This document shows, in pieces, positions 1 through 13,926 of a DNA stretch of 64,000 nt. This DNA comes from Octopus vulgaris (taxonomy: Eukaryota), in the NCBI GenBank assembly GCA_951406725.2, contig OX597823.1, forward strand, positions 45,694,001 through 45,758,000. Reading direction: 5' to 3'. The translations under genes were made by a program, and so were the position numbers. Numbering within the stretch: position 1 is the first letter of the stretch; each line of letters opens with the position of its first letter. The notes beneath the pieces are model-generated. The model ran no database searches. It was not told where the DNA came from and saw nothing but the letters and a program-made list of their open reading frames with translations.

Positions 1-217
1 TTATTCGCCGTTTCTATTTTGAAATATTGACAATGAAATATATTTTCACATTCAAACGAAAATTACTCTTACGTCAACGAAAAATGAAATAAAAATGTAA
101 CGCATAAGACGAAAATTTTCGGCCCTCATCTCAACATACATATTTAAATAGAGTGATGTGGTGTGTGTCCACATATGTATAAGAGAAAGAGCTAGACAGA
201 GAGTGTAGGTGTGAGGG

Positions 218-385
<168 letters not shown>

Positions 386-770
386 TGCACACACACACAT
401 AAACACACATACACACATATACACACATACACACACATATACACACACATAAAGACATTCACGCATATAGACTATATGTGTAAATTTGAACATGAATTTA
501 AATATATATAAGGTTGATTGTCCTTGTCTCTGTCTCGGTTTCTCTCTTTCTCTCTCTCTCTCTCACACACACTCTCACACACACATGTGAGTCTATGTTT
601 AGTTAAATGTTAAACCGAAGGATTATGTGAATTTATTAAGCCGTTATTGTTTTCAGAGCAAATTAAATTTCTCAAACTAATTTCTCTGTATAGCATTAAA
701 ATCGATCATCAATACAATTATTGAACAAATTACAATTGAACCAAGTGCAAGTTTTGTAGCATTTTAAAGA

Positions 771-813
<43 letters not shown>

Positions 814-1149
814 GTCCTTTTTTTTTACTAACCAAGTAATAATATGAGTAACATAAAATGACATATAGTATGTCGTAGTTCAGATGTCCTCATAATTATG
901 AGAACACATATTGAACATAGTAGACCTACAGTTAAACCAATGACATTACAAAATTATTTAAGACATTCTCCTGTAGATGATGTAAGTTACAATTTTAAAA
1001 TGTTTATTTATCAGGTGATATAAGCCAGATAATGCGTATTGCCTTGTGTCTTCTACAGAAATGAAGACAAACAGACCGACATAGTAGCGCCGGTCTTAAT
1101 CAGAGATAATAATATATTAGAAAGTGAAGTTACGTTTCATATTCATATG

Positions 1150-1230
<81 letters not shown>
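1150..1230. repeat. (TATC)n microsatellite
   Basis: Directly visible perfect tetranucleotide run. Confidence 0.97.
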
Positions 1231-1742
1231 GTATGTATATACATACACACACATGTACACACACACATACATACACACATACACATATACATATTTCATT
1301 TCAATAGAATTCAACGAAGGTGCCTTGACCTGCTAGAAATATCAACCAAATGTCTTTCGAAATTAACTTTTCTGCCTACAACCTACTTCTCTTGGTTTCT
1401 TCAGCCAGAACTGACCAGAGACTATTTAGATATAACTTTCGTCACTAATACTATTAAGAAAACAGAAAACATGGTGCTGCCTCATTCCAGTTGCATGTAG
1501 CCATGTCAAACTGTTTCTTTATGTGAAAGTCATTTTCAAAGAAGTCAAAATTTATTTGCATGAAATAAAATTTCAGTGAATATGACATAAAACGGATAAC
1601 TAGTATTATTAATAAATTAGTAAACTAGTACACTCCAATTATAGGAACACTTCAGAATGAGAATGTAGGTTATCTTAAAATGACTAATGATGACTCTCTC
1701 TAAGATATTTGAGCAGCGATAAACACATATCAGATATATAAG

Positions 1743-2289
1743 ACAACGTGTCCATAAATTATCTTCACAACTTCCACAATATATTGTATCTATTAAAGTT
1801 GAGATCCATCAACCAACTTCTCTGCATGTTAAGTAAATTTTACTAAACCGGTATTATTAAACAAGACGGTGCAGCGCCCCATTAGTGGTTGAATGTTCGA
1901 GAGTTTCATGATGAAACTTTTCCAGATCGTTGGATTGAGAGGCGGATCAGTTCCCCGGACATCTAGTTCACCCTCTAGACTTTTTCGTATGCGTTTACAG
2001 TCTATCGTACAAAAGTTCAAAATCTCAAAGATCTCAAGGAAAAAATACGCCAAGCCATATTCAATATTGATGAGGGGATTATCCGAAACACATGGTCAGA
2101 AAATAAGCATCATCTAGACTTGTTGCGTGCAACTAATGGAGTTCACATGGAAGGGTTCTGATATTTATTATAAAGCTTTGTTGTTTGTCAATGTTTTTTC
2201 TAAAAAAACTCTGCTGAGTTACCTTTATTTTTTCGTTTTTAAAAAATTCTGAATTTTTCAAATTGTGAAGGTAATTTATGGGCATCCTG
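1743..2289 (+). mobile_element. internally deleted Tc1/mariner DNA transposon
   Basis: Imperfect ~30-bp terminal inverted repeats (..GTCCATAAATTATCTTCACAA / TTGTGAAGGTAATTTATGGGCATCCTG|TA). The decayed frame from 1862 reads QDGAAPH*WLNVREFHDETFPDRWI, later YRTKVQNLKDLKEKI, which is the typical DDE C-terminal half. Confidence 0.8.
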
Positions 2290-2459
2290 TATATATGAAA
2301 TATATATAATCGGCTGTGACAATGAATGTTCAGTTTTCTGATCCTATCATCTGCCGAACTGAATTAACGTGAAGTGACTATGTACTACGCACCCTTCATA
2401 TTAACGTGGTACCATGTGTTTAAATTAGAGGTGCACTCCATTCGGTATGCATCCACACG

Positions 2460-2607
2460 CTTTCCATTTATCCAACTCCACTCACGTTGTTTGGAAAAAC
2501 CTGTAGCTAAGGTAAAAACCACTTGTCCAAGATACTTAGCAGTAAAATTGAACTAAAGACCACATGATTGCGGTGCAAATTCTTTTAATTATTCGGCCAA
2601 CCTGCGT
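2460..2607 (-). mobile_element. degenerate 5' fragment of tRNA-derived SINE family 1
   Basis: Weak similarity to the family-1 head region (CACTTGTCCAAG, CCACATG). Confidence 0.45.
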
Positions 2608-4163
2608 CTAATGAAGGCGATATAGGTTCGGAAATATGAGCATAAATGACAGACATATATGACGGTTATACGACAGATACAAGACATAGCAACCAAAAAA
2701 AAAAAAAAGCATATCAGTTAAGTGGTTAAACAATTGACGGTTTGAATGTATTCGCTCGATGACTCCAGCCCTCAAAGGTCTGGTCTATAAAGATGAAATA
2801 GGTTTGACGTGAATATAAGTTCATTGTTATGAGTCACGAAGACGCCATATATCAGACAATTTCGTTCGTAAGTTTTAATGTAGTTACACTCACACCCAAA
2901 AATAACTTGTTAAAGGGCTCATTGGGATTTGAGATAAGTTCTGCACAACAACACAACCAGTAATTGTAGTGTATAAAGAGAAGAGAAAATATATCATGTG
3001 AGATAAACACCGAAGAAAGTAAACATTATAAATCTTTGTTAAATCCACAACAAATCCTTTAATCCCACAGATTAAACATGATAAGCGTCTGGCCAAGAGA
3101 TACAATCAAATATTGATATTGTAAAATAAATTTTGGTTACCCGGCACAGGTGGCTCCCAATATTCATAACAGTGAAAGTAAAGAGAGACAATGTTTAGAT
3201 TTCGTGAAAAGACTTATAATGAGTAGGGACAGAAGCTTTATATCAAGCGAAGGATTTTGTTTTTGTACGGTTGATATGTATTTGACGTAATTTATTTCTT
3301 TATCTGTCTAAGATACCTCTATTGGTCTCCTTATTACTGAGCTAGTTATGATAGTACGTTAAAGAAGTAAAGTATGAAAAGAGTTCAAATGTAGTTTTGT
3401 TCACAGAATATCTGCCGAGTCGATCGTTTAGCGTTCAGTTATCCTTCTGACTGCATCACGTCAATCTTACCTTCTTCATTCTAGTCTCTTATATACTTCA
3501 TTGGTTTATCATTTCTCCACCATTTTGCTCGCCACTAAACCACCACTAATACGTTTAATTTAATGTTTTACTTAAGATATGTCAACAAGATATCTTTTCA
3601 TCTTTCCAAGTAAAAAATAAATATCCAAATTTTGTATCCATGAAACAGTTTGTAAAACAGCAACTATATGGTTCGAAAATTATGAATCCTTTGTACGTAT
3701 TTGTGTTATCAATTTTATTGGAAGAAACAACATCATATCGTGCCTGGAATTACAGTCTATCCTTTAAAATCATTGAATTCTTGACGCTTAATCTCACAAG
3801 AAACGTTTAAATACTTTTGAAAATGTGTTTACTTGAACTAATCTGTCTCTCTTAGGTACAATTCTTAAATGAAAAGCTCTATCAATTCGGTTGTTTTCCT
3901 TTTTCCTTTTATTAGTTTCCGAAGCAATAACCTTTCTTCTGCATGTTCTATAATTACAGTCTTCAGTTTAGTACCTTTCCCTTTCTTATTCATGACTCCT
4001 GTGTAGGCTCCATAATACATTGTACTCTATAGAATAAATGATTAGAGCAGAGCAACTTCCTGATGGATAGTTTTCAGGCGCCCTTGATTTGGCTGTGATA
4101 CCTAAAAATTCCATAAGCACAAAATGAATTCTACAGGGATATTAGTCGTTACATTTGAGTATA

Positions 4164-4587
4164 CTCTCTTTTACTCTTTTACTAGTTTCAGTCATTTGAC
4201 TGTGGCCATGCTGGAGCACCGCCTTTAGTCGAGCAAATCGACCCCAGGACTTATTCTTTGTAAGCCCAGTACTTATTCTATCGGTCACTTTTGCCGAACG
4301 GCTAAGATACGAGGACGTAAACACACCAACATCGGTTGTCAAGCGATGTTGTGGAGGACAAACACAGACACACAAACATATACACAGACACATACATACA
4401 TATATATATATATATATACATATATACGACGGGTTTCTTTGAGTTTCCGTCTACCAAATCCACTCACAACGCTTTGGTCAGCCCGTGGCTATAGTAGAAG
4501 ACACTTGCCCCAGGTGCCACGCGGTGGGACTGAACCCGGAAGCATGTGGTTCGTAAGCAAGCTACTTACCTCACAGCCACTCCTACG
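4164..4587 (-). mobile_element. tRNA-derived SINE family 1, full length, with internal CA/TA microsatellite
   Basis: Minus-strand pol III A box (TGGCTGTGAGG) and B box (GGTTCAGTCCC); tail CATGGCCACAGTCAAATGACTGAAAC-(TAAAAGAG)n; near-identical copies at 23371 and 54310. Confidence 0.9.
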
Positions 4588-4956
4588 GTAAAGAATGCCA
4601 ATTCATTCTCTGTTTCAAACCACACGTTGTTCATGTCTGGTCTGTATAGATATGCCAAACAGTTGCCAATATACAAGGGATTGGTTTCTTTACCGAATAT
4701 ATGAATCATGATTCAGTTTTATATCTCTCCTTCCCCTTACACAAATAAGCTATCTTAACATTCAAAATACAAACTGTTCTTTGAACTACTATATTGTTTT
4801 GGTCCTATTTTGTCCAGTCCACTCGAAGTCTTCTAAACTGGTCCGTACATACATGAATGACTCCCGAGGTCATCTAATCAAAGTATGTACTGAATTTAAT
4901 AATTACTTAAATTTCTTAACGAAACAACCACCTCTTAACTCAATATTTAACTAAAT

Positions 4957-5279
4957 GGCACTTCGTCGGTTATGACGACGAGTGTTCCAGCTGATCTGAT
5001 CAACAGAACAGCTAGCTCATAAAATTAATGCGCAAGTGGTTGAGTACTTCATATATATGATTACCCTTAATGTAGTTCTCAGGGAGATTCAGCGGGACGC
5101 AAAATATTACAAGGCTGGTCCTTTGATTTACAATTTCTACTCATTTTTGCCAGCTGAGTGAACTGGAGTAACGTGAAAGGAAGTGTTTTGCTCAAGGACA
5201 CAATTCGCCGCCAGGAGTCGAGCTCAAGAACTTACGACGGCGAGGCGAATACCCTAACCACTGACCCACGCGCCTCCAC
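4957..5279 (-). mobile_element. tRNA-derived SINE family 2
   Basis: tRNA-like head on the minus strand (GTGGAGGCGCGTGGGTCAGTGGTTAGGG); body matches copies at 46762 and 60719. Confidence 0.85.
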
Positions 5280-6096
5280 TACCCCATTGCCGCTCACCTC
5301 CTCGTTCACAGGCAACACAGTCAAACTGATGTCCAAGAACTAGAATTTGTTTAAAGATCCAGAAAATACTTTAATACTGATCAGTTGTGACTAACTCCAG
5401 CACTGAAGAAAGACCCACAGCGGAGTAAGTTCATATCAATAAGATACTGATACTGCTACATACATCAAGCATGCGAAACGAAATCCAAAAGTAATTCGAT
5501 CAATAAATTGGAAAATATTCAGTCTCTAACAAGCTTCGACCATCAGCTCCTACACATACGCTATTTATTATCTTCACCTCTATTATCAATATAACAGAAG
5601 TATAAGTATTATAATTAATCCCCACCATCCAGGCTTACGTTTTTCACCTATTTTTCTTCTTAGACATCCTTACTGTGACTCATCTTTCAGATCTTTTACA
5701 CTAAACATTTAACTCATTCTTTATTCTCCAGAACTGCACGGGGAAGCTTCATTGAATTACGTCATCACCCACTTTTTGGTTTGCTACGGACGCCAAGCGT
5801 AACATTAATTGCATCAATGTCTTCAATCTGGAAGGCCCTAGAAACGGTTGGGCACTGCTGCTTTTTTGCTGATTAACTTAACACAATATTACTGATATCA
5901 ATATTATCGACTAATATATCACTGATTCATGGGAACGAAAGTAAAATAGATTTAGTTGATCCAGTGTTCTTCTGCAAAGAGACGTACCATAGCCACCATT
6001 GATAATAGTAACAGCTATAACTACGAAAGTTGTAAAAGCTCTTTTCCAATATAAAAATCAGACTGGGAAAACACAATAGGGAGTCAGTAAAAATGT

Positions 6097-6519
6097 GGGT
6101 TCCAAATTTTAGTACAAGGCCAGCAATTTCGGGGAAGAGAATATGTCGATTATGTCGACCCCAGTGATCAACTGGTACTTATTTTATTGACCCCAAAAAG
6201 ATGAAAGACAAAGTCAACCGCGGCAGGATTTGAACTCAGAATGTACAAACGGACGAAATGCCGCTAAGCATTTTCCCTGGCGCAGTAACGATTCTTTCCT
6301 ACTCTAGGTACAAGGCTCGAAATGTTTGGGGAGGCCAGTCAATTAGATCGATCCCAGTACGCAACTGGTACTTAATTTATCGACCCCGAAAGGATGAAAG
6401 GCAAAGTCGACCTTGGCGGAGTTTGAACTCAGAATTCAGAAAGTAAAGACAGACGAAATACTGCTAAGCATTTCGCCCGGCGTGCTAATAATATTTCTAC
6501 CAGCTCGCCCGCCGCCTTT
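6097..6519 (-). mobile_element. dimeric tRNA-derived SINE family 3 (Meta-domain-like), 15-bp TSD
   Basis: Two tandem units with a GCCTTTCATCCTTTCGGGGTCGATAAATTAAGTACCAG-type core; flanked by AGTCAGTA(A/G)AAATGT at 6082-6096 and 6520-6534. Confidence 0.88.
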
Positions 6520-7198
6520 AGTCAGTAGAAATGTTAATAACAAAAACATATTGGAATGAGAGGGGAAGGCAAACTAAAATATCATGCACAAAATTTGGGC
6601 AACTGTTGTCGCTAACGAACACATCATTTGGTTTAATGTGCCGAGATAAATCTTCGCAAGAGTAATTTTATATTTCCTTGTGATTGTGAGTTATCCATTC
6701 CTATGGATAATCTAGAAACTAAAAGTCTCAAGTTCTGTTTGATTGTTAGATCTTCGTTTTATCAACATTACTTCAATGTAAAAGTCTCACATGTGCCTGT
6801 GTGATCTCATTTACTTCGGTAGTTTTACAGCCTATTGACTTCAAGTTCCATGTGACCTAAATTGCAATCGAAACCGCGAAGATCTGAAAATTTCGTTTCC
6901 TGGAGGCAAGAACTTGATGGTCTATCCTTACTTTCATCTACCTCAGCAATGAAGTACCTTGAAATTAGCCTGGTACCTCAATACTTTGCTCTTGGGTAAC
7001 TTTATATGATAGACAACAGCAAAATTCTGCTTCGATTTTAGTACAGAAATACGTTACGAGAACGAGTACCAATGTTCCCATGTGACAGGCTTGAAAATTG
7101 TATTTATTGTATATATACAAATATTGTATATATTACATATATACATATGTGATACGGAACTGAAACGATCGTAATATCAATTTGAATTTCTATGGATC

Positions 7199-7330
7199 GT
7201 GAAGGCGCATAGCTCAGTGGTTAGAGCGTCGAGCTTACGATCGTGAAGTTGTGAGTTCGAAATGAGTCGTGCTTGGGAGGGTAACTTTCTAGGTGCAATC
7301 CCATGGTCAGTCATGACATAAGGAGTTTCA
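7199..7330 (+). mobile_element. truncated SINE (tRNA-like head with deleted body)
   Basis: TAGCTCAGTGGTTAGAGCG (A box) and GAGTTCGA (B box); head resembles family 2; no acceptor-stem 3' strand. Confidence 0.65.
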
Positions 7331-7504
7331 GCATATATGGATCAAAAAGGTTTGATTCAAATTCGTTGGTACTCTTGAGTTTCAAGCGCGATGCTAGTCG
7401 TGAGCCAAGTTGGGTGCACATCTAACTCCCAATAAATTGGTTTTCCACTCTCTCTCTCACACACACACACACATATATGTATACGTATATATATATATAT
7501 ATGT

Positions 7505-7547
<43 letters not shown>

Positions 7548-7552
7548 TTTAT

Positions 7553-7672
7553 ATCACGTGATCACGTGACCGACCAGACCATCAGATGATGTTACACATC
7601 GCTGGTCACAATGCGTTCGCATTGTTTTAGCCTTCGAATTACGCCACCCCGCTGGCTAAGTGAGCAGGCCAA
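7553..7672. repeat. short interspersed-repeat fragment embedded in (TA)n, probably a SINE 3' part
   Basis: GC-richer 120-bp island between TA runs with small hairpins (ACAATGCG-TT-CGCATTGT); only one copy in the window. Confidence 0.45.
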
Positions 7673-7702
7673 TATATATATATACATATATATATATATG
7701 TA

Positions 7703-7784
<82 letters not shown>

Positions 7785-7786
<2 letters not shown>

Positions 7787-8184
7787 AAGTAATACAGTTA
7801 AATATATGTCTGGTCATAGAGTGACCAATGGTTTTGCATCCACGAAAGCCGCAGCTTTGTGGACAGCTCATCAGACTACAAGGACAAATTTAACTCTTCA
7901 TCTTTCGGAGGTAGAAAGTTGTCACTGTCAATTGGTCAAAAATCACCAGAGAATAAAAATTTCGGCCGTTGGTGAAGATATATTTTTCATGCTGGATGCA
8001 CAACTAAAGGAGACCCTTAGGTTGGGCCTGTTGAATAAACGTCTTTATCTGTACGTCTGCGTGAAGTGTGTGTCTATTAACCTGAGGAATATCCTTCCCA
8101 CACCCTTTCCAGGTGCTAGGGCCTGGCATGTAGGAGATACGATCCTTAAACCCGCTACATGCCAGTGCCTCGATGTAGATTCGA
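7785..8184 (-). mobile_element. Penelope-like/retrozyme-like insert in (TA)n carrying a hammerhead-like motif
   Basis: About 400 bp of non-microsatellite sequence bounded by TA runs; hammerhead fold at 7817-7880 (minus); extra 11-bp hairpin CTGGCATGTAG..CTACATGCCAG. Confidence 0.55.
7817..7880 (-). ncRNA. type I hammerhead ribozyme-like motif (G12->A, probably inactive copy)
   Basis: Minus strand: tgtagt CTGATGA gctgtccacaaagc tgcg gctttcgtggatgc AAAA ccattgg TC actcta; stems I, II and III all pair, with a GUC triplet. Confidence 0.7.
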
Positions 8185-8591
8185 TATATATATATGGATG
8201 TATGTACGTATGTACGTATAGATGTATGCGTGTATGGATGGATGTATATCTTCTCCGTGTCCATTATTTACTGTTAGGTGGACAGAGTTATTGATATCTT
8301 GCCATGCACTTAACAGAAAAGTAAAATGGAAAATGTCTTTATTTCTGTTACATTTACGTGTACAAATCCATCAAAGTATGAGTCTTAAAGAACTAGGTTA
8401 TCTGTCTGTCTGTCTGTCTCTCTCACCATCCAGATCGTCATCACTATGTCTTCATGTGTCTGGAGCTGCGTATAATATTTGACAAACATTTTCGATGCAG
8501 CCTGAAGTGGTGTTTGTCTATACTCGACTTGATGTCTATGTAACCTATAGGGTTTGGGAATTTTTAGGCGTGTATAACTTTTTAATGTATG

Positions 8592-8622
8592 CTCTCTCTC
8601 TCTCTCTCTCTCTCTCAATTAG

Positions 8623-8720
<98 letters not shown>

Positions 8721-8775
8721 CATCCATTCATCCATCCATCCATCCATCCATGCATCCATCCATCTATCTATCTGT
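8592..8775. repeat. (CT)n-(TATC)n-(TCCA)n compound microsatellite
   Basis: Directly visible. Confidence 0.95.
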
Positions 8776-8953
8776 CCACATATACGCATTTACATACACA
8801 CACACATACATACATGTATTTAAGAATGTATATATTACATTTGTGCGTGTGTATGTGAGTGTGTTCCTGTACATGCGACTGTGCCCCACGTGGATCTTGT
8901 GCATGGGAGCATATGTACCCGCGTCACCGCGTGTCTACATGAATATATTTACG

Positions 8954-9011
<58 letters not shown>

Positions 9012-9392
9012 CACAGACACAAGTACGCAGATGCTTATACTTTACGTGTTTCCCTATATGTTCCTTTTTTATTATCATTCATAATTTTAGTTGATGTGTT
9101 GTTTTTTTTTAATCTTTTTATGTGATAATTCTGCTCGGTAGACAACTAACACACATTAAATAGTATGTTTCCACTCTTCTCCGCTAGATCTCCGATATTG
9201 TACGATCTCATCCAACTTCATGGTAGTTGCTTTGAAGTTTAAGAGGAGCGAGTACAAAAGAATAATTTGTAGTTGATAGTAGAGATAGCGAAGGCTAGAT
9301 GAAACCAATGATATTAGAACGATCTTTATCACCTTATTCAGTATTCCTTCGATAGCGACTAACTTTTATAATATTATATAGCATGGCGAAAA

Positions 9393-9425
<33 letters not shown>

Positions 9426-9699
9426 TCTTCCTCTCTTACACATGCAGACAAATTTACCGTCTCTTTATGTGTATGACAAAATACATACATAAACACCTCG
9501 AAACTTACATAAATTGAATAAATTATAATGTATGACAGACACTCATATATACATATTCATAACTTTTTCTACTCATGTACACTAAACAAATATCTTCTCT
9601 GTCTGGACAGACTTTGCACATACAAAAACTATAATGCACGCCGGGAAATGCATGTGCACATATACAATCAATTCCCGACGTAGAGCTGTACTCGCACGA

Positions 9700-10402
9700 A
9701 CTCACCCTCATTCACTCACTCACTCACGCACTCACTCACTCACTCACTCACTCACTCACTCACTCATTCATCCAACCATTCATCACTCACTCATTCTTTC
9801 ATCCAACCATTCCTCACTCGCTCGCTTACTCACTTACTCACTCACTCACTCACTCACTCACTCACTCACCTACTCACTAACACACTCACTCATTCATTCA
9901 CTCACTCACCCACTCATTCACTCACTCATCTATTCACTCCCACACTGACACACTCACTCCTTCACTCGCTCATTCACTCATACACTCAGTCACTCGCACA
10001 TTCCTTCACTCACTCATTCACTCACTCTTTCATCCACCCACTCACTCACTCACTCACTCATTCATCCAACCATTCATCACTCACTCATTCTTTCATCCAA
10101 CCATTCCTCACTCGCTCGCTTACTCACTTACTCACTCACTCACTCACTCACTTACTCACTCACTTACTCACTCACCTACTCACTCACACTCACTCATTCA
10201 TTCACTCACTCACCCACTCATTCACTCACTCATCTATTCACTCCCACACTGGCACACTCACTCCTTCACTCACTCGCTCATTCACTCATACACTCAGTCA
10301 CTCGCACACTCCTTCACTCACTCTTTCATCCACCCACTCACTCATTCACTCACTCACTCATTCACCTACCCACTCACTCACTCACTCACTCACTCACTCA
10401 CT
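9700..10402. repeat. degenerate (TCAC)n array with ~294-bp higher-order duplication
   Basis: The block TTCATCCAACCATTCATCACTCACTCATTCTTTCATCCAACCATTCCTCACTCGCTCGC recurs at ~9767 and ~10061. Confidence 0.9.
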
Positions 10403-11359
10403 ACCACACCCACATACCCAACCTCACCCACGAGTGTGCATGCATCCCTCCAATTAATAAATTATAATGTATGTTAAATCAGAAACATTACAATAATCGT
10501 CCAAAGCGAGTGGTATAAGGTGACGAGTTAATGAGAACCGTGTTATGTCCTAAATTCTGAAGAATTTTACATGAAATTAATGTGAAATAGAATGGTTGTA
10601 TACTGTCAATCTAACACGACGCCTCCTGATGGCTTTGACACATTTTTCCTGTGTCCTTATATACATTTACGAAGGGGAGACAAATACCCCCAGCCGCCCG
10701 GGCTGCATCTAGGGACACGTTGGGCAGCAGCATAGCTGTATTGTTAAGAAGTTGGCTTTGTAGCTACGTGGGTTCGACATTTTGAACAAGTAAGTTATCA
10801 CAGCATCGGCTCAAATATTTGTGAATGAAATTTGGAAGGCGAAAACCGCGAGGATTTCTATCAGATGCACCGTATTTACTTAGTTTAACACCACGACCTG
10901 TGGGCTTGTGCCCGTTAGTGACGAAGTGCTAAAAGACACGGTCATACTTGCGCCTTAATACTTCATTTTTTATTAGAGAGTCACTAACAATTTCTGTTAG
11001 GTTTTTAATTTCTTTACTCCAACAAAAAGGCAAAATTCATTTAACTGAATATTTTATAAATACGTCACTCACCATTAAAGCACGAACATGATTTAGTCTA
11101 AGTACATGCCATAAGCTCAATTGAGTTATACCATTAGCCCAATTGTCCAAGAAGAAAAAGAAGAAAAAAGGGCTGAGGAAATATCTGATATGTGCAATAA
11201 AAAAACTTTCTTGATTTGTCTCTCAATCTTAAATATTTCCAGTATTTTACGGATATTGTTTTCTTTACATCAGAAGCTTAAAAAAATTAAAGTAATTTAG
11301 ATGGAATTTGAACTTGTAACAATAAACAACGTTCTAAATGCTGAAACATCTCCTGTCTA

Positions 11360-12285
11360 ACTTGCCGCGTTAGGAATCAAATACATCGCTCACACCCTTC
11401 TATTTGCCGACGATGTCAAACTGGTCGCTCCTCGCGGTGATATAGAGGATCTTCGTCGATGCCTTCACCAAATTTGGAGATGGTCTAACGAATGGGACCT
11501 GTGTCTGAACGTGTCAAAGTGCTGTCATCTGCCTGTTGGCTCTCCTCCTGCAACTCAACTTGATTTCGAGCCGGGTCGTCTGCTGCTGGAGAGGACCGAT
11601 CAGGTAAAGGACCTGGGTATCTTGTTGGATTCCTCCTTTTCGCCTTCGGCCCAGTGCGTCCATGCTGCCAACAAAGCACGCGGAATTCTGTTCTTGATTC
11701 GACGGTCATTCGGAATGCTCACAGCAGCCATATTCCTACCGCTCTATGTCACGCTGGTGAGACCCATATTGGAGTACGGGATTCAAGCCTCTTCTCCCTA
11801 TCTCCTCAAAGACATAAAGCATCTCGAAAGAGTCCAGAAGCTGGCTACTCGCATGGTTCTTGGTCTCAAGAATTTGTCTTATGAAGAAAGGCTGAAGACG
11901 CACGACCTTTATTCTCTAGAAAACGACGACGCCGTGGAGATCTCATTCTTGCTCACAACATCATAAGCGGAAAGTGTCGAAAGAGCTGTTCTTCACAGAG
12001 CGTCGGCTGTGGGGTCATTCCGAAAAGCTCTATCTGCGACGATTTCATCTCAATCGAAGGAGAGGGGCTTTCTCCGTCCGGGTTGCGGATCCGTGGAATA
12101 AGCTGCCAGACGCGATGGTGAAGATGCCGACGACCGCTCGGTTCAAAGTCTCCCTTGACCTCAAGTGGCCTGAACTCTTTACATGAACACCACCCTGTAC
12201 ATAACTCCATGTCCCCCTACAAGGCCTTGCTTTTTGCTTTTTGAGCCAAAAAATTAATTAACTAACTAACTAACTAACTAACTAA
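11360..12285 (+). mobile_element. 5'-truncated CR1/L2-group LINE (RT C-terminus + 3' UTR + (TAAC)n tail)
   Basis: Translates LFADDVKL, KDLGILLDS, LVRPILEYG, LERVQKLATRMV, AFSVRVADPWNKLP; frameshifts near 11930-11980; ends in TAAC repeats at 12259-12285. Confidence 0.9.
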
Positions 12286-12778
12286 AAGACAAATGCTTTT
12301 GACTGGAATATTTAATGTGTTATATTCGAATCCTTATACACACCACATTCCAGTGTTTATGGAGATACAATGTACTTCAATAGCAGGTGCGATTTTTCAA
12401 TAATGTACAGGTACGACTATATTATATATTGCAGAGTATGAGGTAATTGCTTAAGCATCAGTCTGGCCGAAGTTGAGATTGACTAGCATAGTGGCGTCTC
12501 TTAGAAGTGCAACACTGCTGGAAATCCAGTGAAAATCATTGAATGCCTTCTGGCATCACGTGTAGTTTATGATGCTTCGAATGGAAGATTTGATTTATTA
12601 GCGTATTTGCTTCAGTTAACTCCAGATAAATAAAAGGAGAATGTCTAATATACCTACTTTGGAGAAAATAAATATTTATATATTATGTCTGCTCTGTCTG
12701 ATTGACAATGTTCGGTAATAACGATCTTTTATATACGGAAATCAACAGCAAGCTGGGACGATAGTGATTAAGAGCGAT

Positions 12779-13030
<252 letters not shown>

Positions 13031-13209
13031 TAGACAGAAAGAGACGTTGTAAGAGAAAGAATTAAAAAAAATAGAGGTTTGGAATCAAAATAAAAAGTAG
13101 AAAACGAGAAAACGTAATTATAAAAAGGAAAGAAACTAAAATGAGAGATATGAGTGAAAACCTGAAAAAGAGAAGAGGACAAAGAGAACGACAAAGGGAA
13201 AGATAGATT

Positions 13210-13265
<56 letters not shown>

Positions 13266-13742
13266 ATAGAGATAGAAGGAGAATAGAAGGAGGGAGGAGG
13301 ATATGCCATATTAATTTAAATTCCTTTTCTTTCTTTCTCTCTTTCTCTTTATCTCTCCTTTTATCTGCAATATGCATATATAAACACAGACACGTATATT
13401 AGCAGCATCATTTACCGACACATCTGAAACGTGGCGTGAAGTGTTCACAAGGAAAATGGAAAACAAACAGCAATAGAATAAAATAACATTTGTGGGTTTG
13501 TATAAATATAATAGAAACTTTGAATTGTTTCTCGGATAATACGAATAAACGTCTCAAGATGTATCGTTATTTTAAAGCGCAGTGGTGAAGTCTTGCTAAG
13601 CCACACTCTGTTAAACCGGTTATGAAATAATCCGGATTAAATCTGAGTCAAGAGAGTAATTGTCAACATTAACTTCCGGCCCCAACTTTGAAAATGTTGT
13701 CGAGTCGTATATCCGAGGTGTTGTAGGTGAGGAACTCCGGTT

Positions 13743-13926
13743 GGCGGAGGTAAAGAATACGCACACCAACCGTTTTCGGCATAACCCTAACCATAACCCT
13801 AACCCTAAAACCAATACTGAACCCTAACGCTAACCTTAAACTCTAACTCTAACCCTACACCCTAATCCTAACTCTAACCCTAACCCTAACCCTAAACACA
13901 GGGTGTGCATATTCTTTACCTTCGCC
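13743..13926. mobile_element. MITE-like element with 25-bp inverted ends enclosing degenerate telomeric (CCCTAA)n
   Basis: GGCGGAGGTAAAGAATACGCACACC (13743-13767) matches the reverse complement of 13902-13926 at 23/25; interior 13782-13895 is TAACCC-type repeats. Confidence 0.75.

Noticed and set aside
5835-5862. hAT-like terminus (..GGTTGGGCACTGCTG)
   Set aside because: No matching opposite end or 8-bp TSD found.
7199-7262. Possible tRNA gene
   Set aside because: A and B boxes are present, but there is no complete cloverleaf or acceptor stem; it matches SINE heads elsewhere in the window.
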